From: Amphiscolops sp. MND2022
Taxonomy: Eukaryota
Assembly: GCA_964187785.1 (NCBI GenBank)
Contig: OZ076409.1
Location: 72,232,001 to 72,296,000, forward strand
Reading direction: 5' to 3'
DNA: 64,000 bases
Part shown: one piece after another, positions 25,301 to 38,339 of the stretch
Position numbering within the stretch: the stretch's first letter is position 1
How the letters are laid out: each line of letters starts with the position of its first letter
Position numbers and translations under genes: made by a program
Notes under the pieces: generated by a model
Seen by the model: only the letters and a program-made list of their open reading frames with translations
The model's database searches: none
Told to the model about the DNA's origin: nothing

Positions 25301-28300
25301 GGACCGGAAATGACCGTTATGTGGGTAAAATTGCAATTTTTATACTTTTTCAAGTGTATTTAGGTGCGGAAGGAGTGGTAATAGGTGCTTGGACACTATA
25401 TGAGGTAAGGGAGGACGTGAGGCGAGCATTCGGAAATAACCGTTATGTTGACCCTAAAGTCCCCCTGGTACCGTAAACGACCGGAAATGGTCAAATTTTG
25501 TGTCTATTGGGTACAAGTGTTTTGTATTTTGTAGATAAAAGTATCTATTAGGTGTTTCGACGGTCTACAGTAGTGAACATAGTCATGAAACCTTGTGGGG
25601 GGTAACGGTATATAGGACCGGAAGTCAAACCGTTGGAGACAGGATAAGTTTTTTGGTTTTAAAATGTCTTTCGGCGTAATTTTTTCGACTCTTGTGGACT
25701 ATTTTTGAAAGTTAAAGTTTTTCCATATAGTTTCAGAGACTCCGAAACCTCAACCAACATAACCGTTACCTTATGATAGCCTTTCAAGTTGGCCTGGTGT
25801 CAACTTGGAAGCGCTATCCTTCTGAAATCGTTAATCAAGAGTGTTTTTGGGTAGGTATATATTGCATTAGTACCAATTAGAGCTTCATCAACAGTGTATC
25901 AACGACAAAAACTATGCCGTCATGATTCCGTTATTAGAATCATAGTGAGCAAATTGTTGAAAAAAATTGTTTTTTCCGTACAAAATGTGTCCTAAATGCC
26001 AGGAAACCTATTTATCTAACAAATGGTATTAATTGGAATGTATGTAACAGATTTATAAAAGTTCAAATTGAATATTTCATTTCATTATGGAAGCTGAAAC
26101 GTCATATTTTAGTTTAATTAACGTCAACGCCACACACTTTACATCAACGCCCACTGTCTGTGGGCATGCCGAGGCATGCCCTTCGACGACGTATGACAAA
26201 TCCATACCTAACGACGCCCGTACATCCCGGGCTAGGTGCGGGGGGTAACCCCAACAAAATTTTTGGAGGATTCGGGTAGGGTCCTGAATCCGAGTTCAGT
26301 GCTGCCAGCTTTCGTTAAGAAAATTTGGATAGGATTCGGGATCTCGTGATCTAACCATAGGATTTTAAAGTTGGAGCGGCCCCCACCAGATTTTCCGAAA
26401 ATTAGCGCCCCCCACCGGGTTCCATACCCCGGAAAATTTTTTTCTGGCCACACGGGCGACCGTTAGGGGGTCATTTTAGGGGTAAAATTCATATTGGGCC
26501 ACATAACTTTTTTTCTGTTGATTTAAAACTTTGGGACCCTGCTAAAAGTTTCTTGACCGTGTTGCAGGGGCCCCGGAGGTCCAAACCAAATTTTTCTAGC
26601 TTGAAGCTATCTCCAAGTACCCCCCCGCCCAAAACGTTATTTTTCCGGAAACGCAGGTTTTTGACCCGGAAGGAGTCGTCTGAGCGCGGGGTCGTTAGTT
26701 GATGTATTGGGGACGGCCTTGAGACGAAGTGGGGGACATGCAGTTTGCCAACCCCAGTTTACCCCCCGGACGGGAAATGACCGTTATATGAGCGGGAAAA
26801 ATGCCCCCCTCCACTTTTTACCGCTATTTCCGGTGTGAAGGAGTGGGAGTAGCGCGTCGGGTGCCATATATCAAAAGTAGGTTTAAACAAGGACCTATCG
26901 GAAACATGTGGTTTGGGACCCCCTGGACCAACCCGTTAGCGGGAAATGGGGCTTCCGCCTCCTTTTTTTACTGCTAAAACCGTAAAATGGGCATTGAGGG
27001 GTAAATATCTCGTGAACGCGTGGAGCTACGGTGTCCATCACTACTACAAGGTTTCATACCCATGATATGGTGCCTCCAGGGGGGCAAACAGATTTCCGCT
27101 ATCTATCGCCGTTACCGACTTGCCCCCCCAGCCTAACCGCTATGTGACCGGAAATGTCACTTTTTGAGCCCAAAGGGTCGGTCCCAGCCGGGGAACGTTA
27201 GGTAACTTATTGTAGTGCTAATTGAGACGAGCTGGGGGATATAGTTTCAGTCAACCCCCGTTACCCCTTAGGACCGGAAATGACCGTTATGTGGGTAAAT
27301 TGGCATTTTTTGTACTTTTTGAAGGGCATTTAGATGCGGAAGGAGTGGTAATAGGTGCTTGGACACTATATGAAGGAAGGGAGGACGTGAGGCGAGCATT
27401 CGGAAGTAACCGTTATGTTGACCCTAAAGTCCCCCTGGTACCGGAAGTGACCCGTAATGGTCGAATTTTGTGTTTAAAGGGTACAAATGTTTGGTGTTTT
27501 ATGGATAACAGTACCTATTAGGTGTTTCGACGGTCTGCAGTCGTGAACATAGTCATGAAACCTTGTGGGGGGTAACTGTATATAGCACCGAAAGTCCAAA
27601 CCGTTGGAGACAGGATACGTTTTTTGGTTTTAAAATGTCTTTCGGCCTACTTTTGTCGACTATTATGGACTATTTTTGAAAAATAAAGTTTTTCCATATA
27701 GTTTCAGAGACTCCGAAACCTCAACCAACATAACCGTTACCTTATGATAGCCTTTCAAGTTGGCCTGGTGTCAACTTGGAAGGGCTATCCTTCAAAAGTC
27801 ATTAATCAAGTTTGTTTTTGAGTATGTTTGTTTTACTTTAGAATCAATTAGAGCTTCAAGAAAATATTGCCAACGATAAAAACTATGTCGTGATGATTCC
27901 GTTATTAGAATAATAGTTAAAAAATTTTGATAAAGTTGATTTTTTACATTTCAAATCTGTCCTAAATGCCAGAAAACCTCTTTACCAAACAAATGGTATT
28001 GATTGAATTGTATATAACAGCTAATAAAAGTTCAAACTGAATATTACGTTTCATTATGGAAGCTGAAGCGTCATATTATAGATTCATTACTGTCAACGCC
28101 ACATACTTTACATCAACGCCCACCGTCCGTAGGCATGCCGAGGCATGCCTTTCGACGACGTATACCAAATTCCACCCACACAACACCCCCGAGCGCGGTA
28201 GCAGCTAGGTGCGGGGGGGAAACCCCATCCCTTATCTTGGAGGAATCGGGTAGGGTCCTGATTCCGAGTTCAGTGCCGCCAGCTCTCAGTAGAAATCTGG

Positions 28301-30202
28301 GCATTTTTTTGCGATCTCGTGATCTAACCATAGGATTTTAAAGTTGGAGCGGCCCCCACCAGATTTTCCAAAGTTATTCGCCCCCCACCGGGTTCCAGCG
28401 TGATTGAAATATTTTGACGGGGTACACGGGCGACCGTTAGGGGTCATTTTGGGGGTAAAATTTATATCAGGTCGCATAACTTTTTTCCTGTTGGATTAAA
28501 ACTTTGGGACCCTGCTAAAAGTTTCTTGACCGTGTTGCGGGGGCTCCGGAGGTCCAAACCAAATTTTTCTATCTTGAAGCTATCTCCAAGTACCCCCCCG
28601 CCCAAACCGTTATTTTTCCGGAAACGCAGGTTTTTGACCCGGAAGGAGTCGTCTGAGCGCGGGGTCGTTAGGTGATGTATTGGGGACGGCCTTGAGACGA
28701 AGCGGGGGATATATAGTTTGCCGACCCCAGTTTACCCCACGGACGGGAAATGACCGTTATATGAGCGGGAAAAATGCCCCCCTCCACGTTTTACCGCTAT
28801 TTCCGGTGTGAAGGAGTGGGAGTAGCGCTTCGGGTGCCATATATCAAAAATAAGTTTAGACAAGGACCTATCGGAAACATGTAGTTTGGGACCCCCTGGA
28901 CCAACCCGTTAGCGGGAAATGGGGCTTCCGCCTCCTTTTTGTACTGCTAAAACCGTAAAATGGGCATTGAGGGATAAATATCTCGTGAACGCGTGGAGCA
29001 ATCGTGTCCATCACTACTACAAGGTTTCATACCCATGATATGGTGCCTTCAGGTGGGCAAACAGATTTCCGCTATCTATCACCGTTACCGACTTGGCCCC
29101 CCAGCCTAACCGCTATGTGACCGGAAATGTCACTTTTTGAGCCCAAAGGGTCGGTCCCAGCCAGGGAACGTTAGGTAACTTATTGTAGTACTCATTGAGA
29201 TGAGTTGGGGGACATAGTTTCAGTCACCCCCCGTTACCCCTTAAGACCGGAAATGACCGTTATGTGAGTAAATTTGCCGTTTTTGTCCTATTTGAAGGGC
29301 ATTTAGATGCGGAAGGAGTGGTAATAGGTGCTTGGACACTATATGAGGTAAGGGAGGACGTGAGGCGAGCATTCGGAAATAACCGTTATGTTGGCCCTAA
29401 AGTCCCCCTGGTACCGTAAACGACCGGAAATGGTCAAATTTTGTGTCTATTGGGTACAAATGTTTGGTATTTTATGAATTAAAGTACATGGAAGGTGTTT
29501 CAAAGGCCTCCAGAAGTGAACATCGTCATGAAACCTTGTGGGGGGTAACGGTATATAACACCGGAAGTCCAAACCGTTGGTCACAGAATAGGTTTTTTGG
29601 TTTCAAAATGTCTTTAGGCGTAGTTTTATGGGTTGAATCGTCATAATATCAACTATTACGGACATTTTTCGGAAAAAAAATTTTTTCACATTAGTTTCAG
29701 AGACCTCCAATGCTTCAGTCAACATAACCGTTACATTTTGATAGCCTTTCAAGTTGGCCTGGCGTCAACTTGGAAGGGCTATCCTTCTAAAATCGTTAAT
29801 CAAGAGTGTTTTTGGGTAGGTATATGTTGCATTAGTACCAATTAGAGCTTCATCAACAGTTTGCCAACGGCAAAAACGATGTCGTGATAATTCCGTTATA
29901 AGAAAATTAATTAAAAAAATTGTTTACAAAGTTGATTTTTTTCAATTAAAATGTGTCCTAATGCCACCAAATTGAATAAAATAAGAAATGGTATTGACTA
30001 AAACTAAATAACAATGAAAAAGAAGATCAACATTTTTATTAGGTCTCATTATGGAAGCTGAAACCTCACGTTTTAGTTTAATTAACGTCAACGCCACATA
30101 CTTTACATCAACGCCCACCGTCTGTGGGCATGCCGAGGCATGCCCTTCGACGACGTATACCAAACAACCTCCATATCTACACCCACCCGCGGTAGCAGCT
30201 AG
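10381..30202 (+). repeat. Run of ten family-A units U7-U16 (1971, 1990, 1972, 1993, 1972, 1994, 1991, 1972, 1973, 1994 bp)
   Basis: Unit ends at 12351, 14341, 16313, 18306, 20278, 22272, 24263, 26235, 28208, 30202; colinear with U2; U12 (20279-22272) is the A' subtype like U4. Confidence 0.93.
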
Positions 30203-32185
30203 GTGGGCGGGGGTAATTCCCCTTCAAAAAATTCGGCCGGCGGGTTGGGTCCTGCCGGACGTCAAATAGCAGAAAATACCTATTAGGAAACGGCGACACA
30301 AAACGGCGATTTTTAAATCTAACCACAATTTTTTGGACTTGGAGTGCATGCGGCCCTGAAATGCCCATACGAATCGAAGTTCCTGCTGACGTTAAGCGAT
30401 TGAAATAATATATAAAAAGTTATGGCCCATTTTTGGGTCACCGAGAAGGGCAAAATGAGGAAAATTTTAACTAAGTCGCTGATAACTCAAAATGTGTTAA
30501 TTTTTGGATATTGACTGTGAAACAAGCTTGGAACCTTCATTTCGTGGCTGTGGCATTGCACTAAACACAAAAGATGTAAAGTTTTTACATTTTTTGAAAA
30601 TTCGACATTTTTGAATTTTTTTTCACTAGTATCAGCACCCCATATGTCAAAAACGCCTCAGAAAAAAAATTTTATTTGCTTTAAATTGGAAACCTTGGTA
30701 TCCATGGTTTCTGTCGGAACCTACTCGCAGCCAAACACCCAACAGTTTGCATCCAATGTGAAAATAAAAATTTTTTCTGGGTCATAAGCGTTTCACAAGG
30801 ATTTCTCAACTTAGTATTAATTTACAAAATGGTCATTTTGAACACAAAATTTTCATCGAGGCTTGTCGGCTATAGGCTTAATGTTCTAGAACGGTCCCAC
30901 TGGCAACGTAGGAACCATTTATAGTAATTGAAAGTTATAAAAAAATTTTTTCACCCGTTCTTCAGTCATTTTTCAGACATTCGGAACTTATCTTAGAAAA
31001 ATTTCGTCTCAAACACCCATTTTTTGACAGGTCGAAAAATCAAATTAGGATTTTTAAGCAAAATTATTAACTCTGACGTAACCCATGGGGCCCATGATAC
31101 TCAAAACAACGATTGACACTGGTATCAATGGCTCCAATAACATATGAGTCGCGATAAGACGTTATTTTGAGCAATACGTCTCAATTGAGGTAAACATCTC
31201 GCAAGCCTGGGATCACAGTGAAATGTAAATTCATCAAAAATTTACTCATTTTTGTCAATCACTATGTGCACAGAGTGCGTAGGGTGAGTTCCAGCACTAT
31301 AATGAGGTTTTTGAAGGCATCGGGTTGCTCAAGGGGTGGTATGAGACATTTTTTTCTATATACTACTGTATTTTCCAAAACTTTTAGCCCATTATCTGGA
31401 AAAACTAACTTGACAAAATACTTTCAATAATTTTATTCAAAGGCTACAATGTAGATGAACCCAGTGGTTGATCAGAAACTTTCATCTCTTTCGTTTTCCG
31501 AAATATTTCCCTTCGCATGTGTTACATTTGTAGCAGAAAAAAAATCGAAACTGAAAAATACGCTATTTTGCTAATATAGAATCGCAATGATTGTGCCTAA
31601 AAACTCTTTAAACACTTCTAACGCGACCTTACGCACCCAAAATGATCAAAAATGCTATTCACAATGGTGACATGTGCTCTTTCAACGATCCTGACTGAAC
31701 AAGGTTTGCATATTGTTCAAGTACCTGTCAGCTAAATCTTGTGATAGCCTTTTCAGTTGGCCTTGTGTCAACTTTGGAAGGCTATCACATCAAAAAACCA
31801 TCAACAAAAATAATTTTTGTTTATTGGATCTTACAGCCGATACTTTTTTTCGTGATTTTATACTACCGTTAGTATATTTCATCAGGTCACCTTACGATTG
31901 CATTCAGTCTTTGATAAAAACCTATGAACTCAAAGTCACATTTATATATTTTTTTGCCAGAAAAAAACCTCAGAAATATCTAAAATATATAAAATAGAGT
32001 CTTTAACATTTTTACGTTTCAAGTTTTTGCCGTTCTTAGGCCAATCAACGTCCTAGAGCCACATCCAGTCATACTGTACAACGCCACATAGTGTTGCGAC
32101 GTGCACAGTCTGTGGGCATGCCGAGGCATGCCCTTCGACGACGTATGCCGAATACCGCGGGCCTACGCCCGCGCTCCCCGGCTAG
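30203..32185 (+). repeat. Unit U17, family C (1983 bp)
   Basis: AT-rich interior not visibly alignable to A beyond the ends; H1-type hairpin at 31741-31788; core at 32114; close copy at 43103-45087. Confidence 0.9.
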
Positions 32186-33571
32186 GTGGTTGGGGCGGTC
32201 CCCAGAACGCACAAGGAGGCGCGGGGAGGGTCCTGCGCCGACGTAAAATAATTTCATATAATACTAGTATCCTACATGGGTGTTTTAGAAGCGATTTTGG
32301 AATCTAACCGTAGGATTTGGATAATTTTTTGCATGCGGCCATAACTCGAAATTCTAAGAACTTTTTCCTACTGTCATTTTCCCCGCAAATTGTTTTTTGT
32401 TGACTTATGGCCGAAAAACCGGAAATAACGTCCTTTTTAGACGTTATATCCGAAGTGTCGTCATAACTTTTTTCCAGGGCATGCTAGCGTTCTCGTTCAC
32501 TTTTACACTTAGTTGCAGCATCTCGAAATACAACTGGTGGAAAATTTTGGTTGCATTCGGATCACCCCCCACTGAGATAGAGGGGTTCCCCCCTCCAGTT
32601 TTACCCCCCAAATTTGCAAAAAAGCCAATTTTGAGCATGAAGCCGAGGATTTAGCGTACCCGCACCCTTCTGATGTTTTGTTGTACGTATTGGGGTCAAT
32701 TTGCCAACATGTATGGTTTTCACCCCCAACCCCCCTGGGACCGGAAATGACACTTTTTTGTGTTTTTCGGCAGAATTTAGCCTTTTTCATTATTAGGCAG
32801 TCGTTTTAGGGACTCCTAGCAGGTTATCGAATTTGAAATACAACCTGATCACCACCCAATGACAACATGTTGGCCACTTGGAGGTATCATCATGACCGGA
32901 AGTGGGGTCAACCCCCCTTTTTGTGACCGCTTTTTGACCTTGTGCACCAAAATGCCAACAACTTGAGGCCTAATGACGCATTCAAATCTGTACAAAGATA
33001 AAATGTTAGACAACCGAAGTCCCGGAAGGTCTTTAGCATATACCGGAAGTTACCCCCATGACCGGAAGTTGCCCAATGTGACCGGAAATGGTCCAAAAAA
33101 TAATGTAAAGTTGAATTTTTCACTATTTCAAGACCACTTCATTGAACATTTTCATTCCCAAAACAAGCGCACTGGCTTGTTTTGCTGAATTTATGGAAAT
33201 TGATGAGCTCTATCACCCCCGATAGCCTTCGAAGTTGACCTTGCGTCAACTTTGGAGGCTATCGATACTGAAAATGAACAACAAAGTACATTGTTGCTCT
33301 CGGTTTTTTCCCGTTGTTTTTCCTCAAACATTCTTGAGACATATACATGGCCGTTAGTTGAAATCAATCTTTAGCCCATGTTATAGCTGGAGCAGCGAAG
33401 CGTTACACAGACTAGTGTGGTTTTGAAATTACATTATTTAAATTAACAACTGACCGTCTTAGTCAACTCCACACATTCATACCAACGCCCACCGTCTGTG
33501 GGCATGCCGAGGCATGCCCTTCGACGACGTATGACGAATCCACTCCAACGACACCCGCAGTCCTCAGCTAG
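32186..33571 (+). repeat. Unit U18, family D (1386 bp, single copy in window)
   Basis: Bounded by CTAG|GTG on both sides; H1-type hairpin at 33220-33264; ACCGGAAGT/ACCGGAAAT motifs; core at 33500. Confidence 0.85.
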
Positions 33572-36500
33572 GTGGGGGGATATATCTCCACTTTTTTTGC
33601 GACCGCGGGTAGGGTCCTGTCGGGAGCTTCTATTTACCAAGCTTACGGCGCTATATACTAGAGAAAATTTTTCCGGCACCGAACTTTTTTTTGAACCATA
33701 GGATTTGTACCATTTTTTGCATGCGGCCCTAATTTGGGCATACAAGACGAAGTTCCTGCTGACGTTAAGCGATGGTTTCATTGTGTAACGAGATATAGCC
33801 ACTTTTTGGTGCGAATTTTGAGGTATTTTTGAGAAAAATTTTACAAACAGCTCGAATGCAAAAAATTGAAAAACTTGTGACAATCGACCTATCATTGGTT
33901 TAAACCTTCGATTCTTTGCCCTAGCAATGCACTAGACCCAAAAGATCTAAAACTTTTACATTTTCCAAAAATTTGACCAAATTGACTCGGGTTTCACTAC
34001 TATATGTAACCAATGTGACAAAAACACCTCAGAAAAAAATTTTTATTTGCTTAAATTTAGAAACCTTGGTATCCATGGTTTCTGTCGGAACCTACTCGCA
34101 GCCAAACACTCAACAGTTTGCATCCAATGTGAATTTAAATTTTTTTTCGAGGTCATAGGTGTTTCACAAGGATTTCACAACTTAGTTTCATATTACAAAT
34201 TGGTCATTTTCAACATCATATTTCCATCGAGGCATGTCGGATAGAGTCTTATTGCTTACGAACGGTCCTACTGGCAACGTGTTAACCAATTATAGAAATA
34301 CAAAGTTATAAAAAAATTTTTTCACCCGTTCTTCCATCATTTTTCAGACATTCGGAACTTATCTTAGAAAAATTTCGTCTCAAAAACCCATTTTTTGTCC
34401 GGTCGAAAACTCAAATTCAGCTTTTTAGGCACAATTATTAACTCTGACGTACTCAGTGGGGCCCATGATACTCAAAACAACGATTGGGGTTGGTACCATT
34501 GGCTCAAATAACATATGAGTCGCGATAAGACGTTATTTTTAGCCATACGTCTCAATTGAGGTAAACATCTCGCAAGCCAGGGATCTCTGTGAAATGTGAT
34601 TTCATCAAAAAGTTACCCATTTTCGCCAATTACTATGTGCACAGAGTGCGTAGGGTGACTTTCAGCACTATAATGAGGTTTTTGAAGGATTCGGGTTGCT
34701 CAAAGGGTGGTATGAGACATTTTTTTCCCACATACTACTGTATTTTCCAAAAATTTTAGCCCATTATCTGGAAAAACTAACTTGACAAAATACTTTCAGT
34801 TACTCTATTCGAAGCTTAGAATATAGATGAACACTGTGGTTGATCAGAAACTATTAACTATTTTGTTTTTAGAAAAAAACTGCCTTGCATGTGTTACATT
34901 AGTGGCAGGAAAAAAACCAGTAGCTCCAAAAATCAAAAATTTGGACGGACAGACTTCCAATGATGCAAAACAAAAACGTTTCAACAACTTCTGACGCCAC
35001 TTTTTTTACCCAAGAGGTTCGAAAACACCATTAACAATGCTGACATTCGCAATAAATAAGATCAAGGTCTATTTACTAACACTTAGGTTTTAAATTTTTT
35101 TCTCGGAAACCCATTATTGTCAGGTCGCAAATTCAAATTTGGTTTTGGAAGCAATACTTTTCACTCTGAAGCAAACCGTTGGGCCCAAAATACTCAACAA
35201 CAACAAAAAGACTATCACCATATGCTCTAATAACATATGAGATGCGACTGTATGTTTTTAACACAATAACTCTCATTCTGAAGTAAACATGTTGAAAGCC
35301 TTGAATCACCGTGAGAAGTGATTTCATCAAAAAATATTTCTTTTTCGTCAATCACTAAGTACACAGAACCCGTTGTGTTAGTTTCAGTCGTGAAATGAGG
35401 TTCTACCGTAATATCGGTTGCTCAAGGTGTTGTATAAGGCAAAAACTTCCTCTTTTCTACTAACTTCTTCAAATATTTCAACCCTTTGTCACACGAAGTT
35501 AATATTCAAAATCTCTTTGAATTGTTTCTTAAGGTTGTGGTGAATTGTTAGAACAATTACTATGATCGAAGAATGCTAGTATTGGTGTTTGGACCATGTC
35601 CGGATGAACAAATCGCAAAATCAAGAAAAAATTGTTTCCTTTTTTGGTTATTTTGGCAGTACTAAAAATGTTAGCTGATAAATAATTTTTTCGAAGGCAC
35701 CATTGGATTCCGCTCAAAAAGTTGATTATAAGACATGTGTAATAACCCCGTATCTTTTCAATTTAAATAAATTTAAAAGACAACCTTTTTTGACGAAAAT
35801 CCTAAAAATCATACCATTTCCTAAAAAACTTCAAATGCACTCCATTTGACGTATAAGAATAGCACAGAAAACTATCATATACCGATCAACTCTACTCCCA
35901 TTGTAGACTATTAGAATTTTGTTTTGATTGAATTTTGAAGAATATTAAAAAATTTTGAACCCTCCAAAAATGGACCAAAATTACACGAAAAAATTGACCT
36001 TAAAATTTTAAAATGTCAAAAAATCATCAAAACCACAGCTTCTTGGGGTTCTATCAACTCCACGTGGTCCACAGAGTACGCTAAAACAGGTTTTACCCGT
36101 TTTTGAGCAATATGTGAAAAAGCCGACATTTTTGGGAAAGAAAAACATACCGTTTCCTAAAATATTTCAAATGCACGCCATTTGCCGTATGAGAATAGCA
36201 CAGAAAACTATCACATACCGATCAACTCTACTTTCATTGTAGATAATTAGAAGTTAGTTTAAATGAAAGTTAGACGGATAATAAAAAAATATAAATCCTC
36301 CAAAAGTGGGCAAAAATTACACGAAAAAATTGTCCTTAAAATATTAAAATGTCGAAAAATCATCAAAACCACAGCTTCTTGGGGTTCTATCAACTCCACA
36401 TGGTCCACAGAGTACGCTAAAACAGGTTTTACCCGTTTTTGAGCAATATGTGGAAAAGCCGACATTTTTGGGAAAGAAAAACATGACATTTCCTAAAAAA

Positions 36501-38339
36501 ATTCACATGCACGCCATTTGGCGTATAAGAATAGCACAGAAAACTATCATATACCGATCAACTCTACTCCTATTGTAGATTATTAGAACTTTGTTTTGAA
36601 TGAATTTTGATGGATAATAAAAAATTTTGAACCCTCCGAAAATGGGCTAAAATTACACGAAAAAATTGACCCTAAAATTTTAAAATGTCTAAAAATCATC
36701 AAAACCACAGCTTCTTGAGGTTCTATCAACTCCACATGGCCCAAAGAGTATGCCAAACCAGGTTTTGCGCGTTTTTGAGCAAAATTTAGGAAAGCCGATT
36801 TTTTTGAGGAAGAAAAACATATCATTTCCTAAAAAACTTCAAATGCACGCCATTTGGCGTATAACAATAGCACAGAAAACTATCACATACCAATCAACTC
36901 TACTCTTTTTGTAGATTACCAGAAATTTGCTTAGAATAACTTTTGATGAATATTTATAAATTTTAAACCCTCCTAATATGGGCCAAAATCACACGGAAAA
37001 ATTGACCCTAAGTATTAAAATGTCAGATATTCATCAAAACCCCAGCTTCTTGGGGTTCTATCATTTCCATATGACTTTCAGAGTATACCAAACAAGTTAT
37101 TAACATTGGGCGATAATTAAAAGGACCAATTTTATTCTGAAGAAAACCATAATATGTTCAATATAAGAAGTGAATCATTCCACATATATACCCTGTCTAA
37201 TGTTCTAAATTAGCAAAAAAATATATACTTGATGTTTTTTGAATGTGAGCTTCATAAAAGGTTGAGATGTGATAATACGTAAATGGATTCCAAGTTTCAT
37301 CGAAAAGTCAATGGAATACGTCCAATCAACTTCAATCTTAACAATTCGATAACAAAAAACACTTAAGTACATTCCATCTCCCTATCGGGGAGATGAGAAT
37401 GTACTTTTCAAAAACTAAAAACTTAGATCTTTCTATCTTTTGTAACACTTACTGTAACAGCTGAAATGATGAAAGAATAATTATTCTTCTAATAACTTCA
37501 AGATTTTTTGCTTCACCTTTTATTTCTGCAGAACAAAACCATAAGACATACATATTTTTCGCAGCTAAGTTCGACTGTATTACCCAGTGAACAAAGGTAT
37601 GACAGGAAGATTACAAGTTGTCTCAAAACTTTCCCGCCTTCCAAAATCATGAAACGTCTACACAACCAAGATAGTAAAGGAATGAATGTGGAATGCATCA
37701 TTTTAGTTAAAATAAATAACGTGTAGAACTTACCTTTATCTGAAGATGACGTTGATTTATGATCTTTAGAGGATAGTTCAATTTTTGACCATAATAGTGC
37801 GAAACTAATTATTATATGAATAATGGCGTGGAAAGCGTTCAGAAATTGCAGTATTTTCGATTCGAGCATGTATGCGTGGGTTCCTTTGGTGGCATTAGCT
37901 TAGTGTACATGATGGAAGTTTTCGATCTATTATGATAAAATTTACTCACAAGTCTTTGTTTTTCCTACTTTTTTATGCCATTAAGTACATTCATTCTATC
38001 CCCTTCTCTGGGAATGTACGTTTGCCAAATGACTGTCATCCAAATTTTGCATTCGCGAAGAGTTTAAATACATAAACACGTCTTTAGCGTTTCCAAATCA
38101 CAACCGATTAACATTTTTTAAAATTTTTTTTATGAAAATTGATAATTTGTTTTGATTTTGGTATCTTCTACTTTTATCATCCATCATAACAAGCACCTTA
38201 CCATGTCTCTCGCTTGTCTTCATTTTACAACGCCACATAGCGTTCCGACTCCCACCGTCTGTGGGCATGCCGAGGCATGCCCTTCGACGACGTATGCCAA
38301 CTACTTTTTATATCTACACCCGATTGCGGTAGCGGCTAG
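33572..38339 (+). repeat. Unit U19, family E (4768 bp)
   Basis: 5' ~1.3 kb homologous to family C; internal 336-bp tandem repeats; H2 hairpin at 37365-37406; core at 38263; near-identical to 45088-49856. Confidence 0.9.
35810..37150. repeat. Internal tandem repeat, ~4 x 336 bp
   Basis: AGCACAGAAAACTATCA at 35861, 36197, 36533, 36869. Confidence 0.9.

Noticed and set aside
1861..30202. rDNA, 5S, tRNA, snRNA or histone tandem gene cluster
   Set aside because: I recognise no rRNA, tRNA, snRNA or histone sequence in any unit. A divergent small RNA cannot be excluded without an Rfam search.
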